64,000 bases of DNA, taken from the NCBI RefSeq assembly GCF_009914755.1, contig NC_060925.1; one strand, 5' to 3'. Made by a program: the position numbers and the translations under genes. The notes under the pieces were generated by a model that had not been told where the DNA came from, searched no databases, and saw nothing but the letters and a program-made list of their open reading frames with translations. This document shows, in pieces, positions 58,610-64,000 of this stretch. Positions within the stretch are counted from its first letter, which is position 1, and each line of letters starts with the position of its first letter. The stretch is from the human T2T-CHM13v2.0 reference genome, Homo sapiens.

Positions 58610-61600
58610 ATGATAGCATCAAATTCACACATAACAATATTAACTTTAAATGTAAATGGGCTAAATGCTCCAATTAAAAGACACAGACTGGCAAATTGGA
58701 TAAAGAGTCAAGTCAAGACCCATCAGTGTGCTGTATTCAGGAAACCCATCTCACGTGCAGAGACACACATAGGCTCAAAATAAAGGGATGGAGGAAGATC
58801 TACCAAGCAAATGGAAAACAAAAAAAGGCAGGGGTTGCAATCCTAGTCTCTGTTAAAACAGACTTTAAACCAACAAAGATCAAAAGAGACAAGGAAGGCC
58901 ATTACATAATGGGAAAGGGATCAATTCAACAAGAAGAGCTAGCTATCCTAAATATATATGCATCCAATACAGGAGCACACAGATTCATAAAGCAAGTCCT
59001 TAGAGACCTACAAAGAGACTTAGACTCCCACACAATAATAATGGGAGACTTTAACAGCCCACTGTCAATATTATACAGATCAACAAGACAGAAGGTTAAC
59101 AAGGATATCCAAGACTTGAACTCAGCTCTGCACCAAGCAGACCTAATAGACATCTACAGAACTCTTCACCCCAAGTCAACAAAGTATACATTCTTCTCAG
59201 CACCACATCACACTTATTCCAAAACTGACCACATAGTTGGAAGTAAAGCACTCTTCAGCAAATGTAAAAGAATAGAAATCACAACAAACTGTCTCTCAAA
59301 CCACAATGCAATCAAATTAGAACTAAGAATTAAGAAACTCACTCAAAACCGCACAACTACATGGAAACTGAACAACCTGTTCCTGAATGACTATTGGGTA
59401 AATAACAAAATGAAGGCAGAAATAAAGATGTTCTGTGAAACCAATGAGAACAAAGACACAATATACCAGAATCTCTGGGACACATTTAAAGCAGGGTGTA
59501 GAGGGAAATTTATAGCACTGAATGCCCACAAGAGAAAGCAGGAAAGATATAAAATTGACACCCTAACATCACAATTAAAAGAACTAGAGAAGCAAGAGCA
59601 AACACATTCAAAAGCTAGCAGAAGGCAAGAAATAACTAAGATCAGAGCAGAATTGAAGGAGATAGAGACACAAAAAAAAGCTTCAAAAAATCAATGAATC
59701 CAGGAGCTGATTTTTTGAAAAGATCAACAAAATTGATAGACTGCTAGCAAGACTAATAAGAAAAGAGAGAAGAATCAAATAGACGCAATAAAAAATGATA
59801 AAGGTGATATCACCAACGATCCCACAGAAATACAAACTGCCATCAGAGAATACTATAAACACCTCTATGCAAATAAACTAAAAAATCTAAAGAAATGGAT
59901 AAATTCCTGGACACATACACCCTCCCAAGATTAAATCAGGAGGAAGTTGAATCCTTGAATAAACCAAAAACAGGCTCTGAAATTGAGGCAATAATTAATA
60001 GCGTACGAATCAAAAAAAGTCCAGGAACAGATGGATTCATAGCCAAATTCTACCAGAGGTACAAAGAGGAGATGGTACCATTCCTTTTGAAACTATTCCA
60101 ATCAACAGAAAAAGAGGGAATCCTCCCTAACTCATTTCTTGAGGCCAGTATCATCCTGACACCAAAGCCTGGCAGAGACACAACAAAAAAAGAGAATTTT
60201 AGACCAATACCCCTGATGAACATCAATGTGAAAATCCTCAATAAAATACTGGCAAACCAAATCCAGCAGCACATCAAAAATCTTATCCACCACGATCAAG
60301 TCGGCTTCATCCCTGGGTTGCAAGGCTGGTTCAACATACGCAAATAAAGGTAATCCATCACATAAACAGAACCAACAAGAAAAACCACATGATAATCTCA
60401 ATAGATGCAGAAAAGGCCTTTGACAAAATTCAACAGCACCTCATGCTAAAAACTCTGAATAAACTAGGTATTGATGGAACGTATCTCAAAATAATAAGAG
60501 CTATTTATGACAAACCCACAGCCAATATCATAAAGAATGGGCAAAAACTGGAAGCATTCCCTTTGAAAACTGGCACAAGACAGGGATGCCCTCTCTCACC
60601 ACTCCTATTCAACATAGTGTTGGAAGTTCTGACCAGGGCAATCAGGAAGGAGAAAGAAATAAAGGGTATTCAATTAGGAAAAGAGGAAGTCAAATTGTCC
60701 CTGTTTGCAGATAACATGATTGTATATTTAGAAAACCCTATCATCTCATCTGTATATCTCCTTAAGCTGATAAGCAACTTCAGCAAAATCTCAGGATACA
60801 AAATCAACATGCAAAAATCACAAGCACTCCTATACACCAATAACAGACAAACAGAGAGCCAAATCATGAGTGAACTCCCATTCACAATTGCTACAAAGAG
60901 AATAAAATACCTAGGAATCCAACTTACAATGGATGTGAAGGACCTCTTAAAGGAGAACTACAAACCACTGCTCAACAAAATAAAAGAGGACACAAACAAA
61001 TGGAAGAACATTCCATACTCATGGATAGGAAGAATCAATATCGTGAAAATGGCCATACTGCCCAAGGTAATTTATAGATTCAATGCCATCCCCATCAAGC
61101 TACCAATGACTTTCTTCACAGAATTGGAAAAAACTACTTTAAAGTTCATATGGAACCAAAAAAGAGCCCACATTGTCAAGACAATCCTAAGCAAAAAGAA
61201 CAAAGCTGGAGACATCACGCTACCTGACTTCAAACTATACCACAAGTCTACAGTAACCAAAACAGGATGGTACTGTCACCAAAAGAAAGATATAGACCAA
61301 TGGAACAGAACAGAGGCCTTAGAAATAACACCACACATTTACAACCATCTGATCTTTGACAAACCTGACAAAAACAAGAAATGGGGAAAGGATTCTCTGT
61401 TTAATAAATGCTGGGAAAACTGACTAGCCATATGTAGAGAGCTGAAACTGGATCCCTTCCTTACATCTTATACAAAAATTAATTCAAGATGGATTAAAGA
61501 CTTAAATGTTAGACTAAAACCATAAAAACCCTAGAAGAAAACCTAAGCAATACCATTCAGGACATAGGCATGAACAAGGACTTCATGACTAAAACACCAA

Positions 61601-62415
61601 AAGCAATGGCAACAAAAGCCAAAATTGACAAATGGGATCTAATCAAACTAAAGAGCTTCTGCACAGCAAAAGAAACTACCGTCAGAGTAAATAGGCAACC
61701 TATAGAATGGGAGAAAATTTTTGCAATCTATCCATCTGATAAAGGGCTAATATCCAGAATCTACAAAGAACTTAAATAAATTTACAAGAAAAAACCAACC
61801 CCATCAAAATTGGGCAAAGGATATGAACAGACACTTCTCAAAAGAAGACATGTATATGCAGCCAACAGACACATGAAGAAATGCTCATCAGAGAAATGCA
61901 AATCAAAACCACAATGAGATACCATTTCACACCAGTTAGAATGGCGGTCATTAAAAAGTCAGGAAACAACAGATGCTAGAGAAGATGTGGAGAAATTGGA
62001 ATGCTTTTACACTGTTGGTGGGAGTGTAAACTAGTTCAACCATTGTGGAAGACAGTGTGGCGATTCCTCAAGGATCTAGAACTAGAAATACCATTTGACA
62101 CAGCGATCTCATTACTGGGTATATACCCAAAGGATTATAAATCATGCTACTCTAAAGACACATGCACACGTATGTTTATTGTGGCAGTATTCACAATAGC
62201 AAAAACTTTGGAACCAACCCAAATGTCCATCAATGATGGACTGGGTTAAGAAAATGTGGCATATATACACCATGGAATACTATGCAGCCATAAAAAAGGA
62301 TGAGTTCATGTCCTTTGCAGGGACATGGATGAAGGTGGAAACCATCATTCTGAGCAAACTATCACAAGGACAGAAAACCAAACACCGCGTGTTCTCACTC
62401 ATAGGTGGGAATTGA
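58610..62415 (+). pseudogene. L1 ORF2p (endonuclease and reverse transcriptase), inactivated
   Basis: ATG at 58610; 5-bp agtca duplication frameshift near 58705; further stops and frameshifts; RT motif FADD reads FADN. Confidence 0.95.
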
Positions 62416-62639
62416 ACAATGAGAACACTTGGACACAGGGTGGGGAACATCACACACAGGGGCCTGTCATGGGGTGGGGAGTAGGGGGAGGGATAGCATT
62501 AGGAGAAATACCTAATGTAAATGACGAGTTAATGGGTGCAGCAAACCAACATGGCACATGTATACCTATGTAACAAGCCTGCGCATTGTGTACATGTACC
62601 CTAGAACTTAAAGTATAATTTAAAAAAAGAAAAAAAAGT

Positions 62640-63120
62640 AAGTCAGATTACATAACCCTCTAATCAAAAGCTCAACAGCTTCCCATTTCACTATACAATT
62701 TGCTCCCATCTCCTAAAACGTCTGTCCTCACTTCCTACTATCCTTCCCCTCACTGACTCCCTTAGGTCCCACTAGAAGTGTTCCTAATACACACTGGGTC
62801 TCCTTCAAGTCCTTACTCAAATGTCACCTTGTGCATGAGGACCTCCCTAGTCACACTGTCACCCTTTCCTGCTTTATCTTCCTCCATAGCACTCCTCACC
62901 ACTCAACATCATCTTAATTATTTACCTGGTTTATTTCTTGCCACTCCATACCACCACCTCCCTCACACACAGACAGTCCCACAGAACACATAGTCAATTG
63001 TTAGCTACATGAGGACAGGGATCTCTGCCGGTTTTACTCACTGTTGCATTCTTACTGTCTTAAACAGTACCTTGTTGGCACATTGAAGTTCATTTATAAA
63101 CATTTGTTGAATACATGAAT
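62640..63120 (+). mobile_element. L2 3' fragment
   Basis: ctcaaatgtcacctt...tgaggacagggatctctg...aaacatttgttgaatacatgaat. Confidence 0.75.
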
Positions 63121-63413
63121 GGGAATAAATACTTTAGTTGAAGTAATATCATCTAGGGAGCCATGGGAGAATTTGAATCCAGGTCTTTTGCTCTAGCTTT
63201 TCTACCAAGTAATATCCATTAAAATATTTTCAGCTATAATAATAGAATACCCAAATAAAATAATGAAGATAAAGTACTATCTTACAAAACAAGATATTCT
63301 GAGGTAGGTGTTTTCATGGTTGATTACTTCAGTAGCCCAGTGATGGTATCAAGGCCCTAGGTGGGTTTTTTGTTTTTGTTTTCTTACCTTTTCTCATTGC
63401 CATCCTTACTTAT

Positions 63414-63994
63414 TGTAGCATGTTGTATTTCTCAAAAAATGCCACACCTACATATTTATCTCATCGCACATAATTTTCACACAATGTGACTGGCAACTGA
63501 CACTCCTCCCATTAAGGGAAGGGTCTGTGTTCTCTCTTCTCAAATCTAGGCAGGGGATTGTGACTGTCCCAGTCAATGGAGTGGGGCAGAAGTGATGCTA
63601 TGTGACTCTTGAGGGTAGATCACAGAAAGGATACAGCTTCCACCTGGCTCTCTGTTTTCAGATGCTTGCCTCTGGAACTCAACCACCATGTTGTGAGGAA
63701 ATCCAGGACACATGGAGAAGCCAACATAGAGAAAAGCTAAGGCCTCCCTCCAGCGGGGAGCATCAGCTTGTCTGCCATGGAGTTAGCTATCTTGGAAGTG
63801 AGTCCTTCAGCCCCAGTCAAGCCTTCAGATAGTTACAGCTCCAGCCAACATGTGATTGTAACTTCATGAGAAATCTCCAAGCCAGAACTGCTCTCAAATT
63901 CCTGACTCACAGAAACCATGGGAGATTATTATTATTGTTGTTTTAAGCCACTACATTTTGGAGTAATTTGTCAGAGAGCATTGGATAAATAACA
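63414..63994 (+). mobile_element. MLT1F/G-like MaLR LTR
   Basis: ggcagaagtgatgctatgtgact...aattcctgactcacagaaaccatg...ttttaagccacta. Confidence 0.8.
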
Positions 63995-64000
63995 TACTTT

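Larger units (their letters stand above)
57838..62638 (+). mobile_element. L1PA (PA6-like), 4.8 kb, 5'-truncated within ORF1
   Basis: ORF1 C-terminal part, inter-ORF spacer, full-span but broken ORF2, 3' UTR and A tail. Confidence 0.98.

Noticed and set aside
57872-62415. Long ORFs (224, 333 and 344 aa) with endonuclease and RT motifs as an active element or novel RT system
   Set aside because: Standard L1 ORF1/ORF2 with no 5' UTR promoter, multiple frameshifts and stops, and catalytic FADD changed to FADN.

Overview
Repeat-dense, non-coding primate DNA. AluY, AluS, AluJ and L1PA elements indicate a catarrhine genome, probably human, but I cannot name the locus. I recognise no protein-coding gene, RNA gene or CpG island. 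The only ORFs with recognisable homology are broken LINE-1 ORF1/ORF2 pieces; the rest are Alu-derived, microsatellite-derived or chance ORFs. The window holds about 17 Alus or Alu fragments, two inverted L1PA copies, older L1 pieces, many L2 and MIR fragments, ERV1/ERVL/MaLR LTRs and DNA transposons. I found no new biological system. The most notable observations are: (i) shared apparently non-consensus mutations between the two inverted L1PA copies, suggesting gene conversion; (ii) a locally triplicated, partly inverted L1 fragment in which two copies carry different Alus at the same site; (iii) several other templated duplications and fold-backs; (iv) a chain of minus-strand exon candidates ending in a poly(A) signal, possibly a lncRNA; (v) a few strong TF-motif clusters (CArG/AP-1, NRF2 ARE, EGR1/CRE). 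Subfamily names come from recalled consensus sequences, and boundaries of old elements are approximate.
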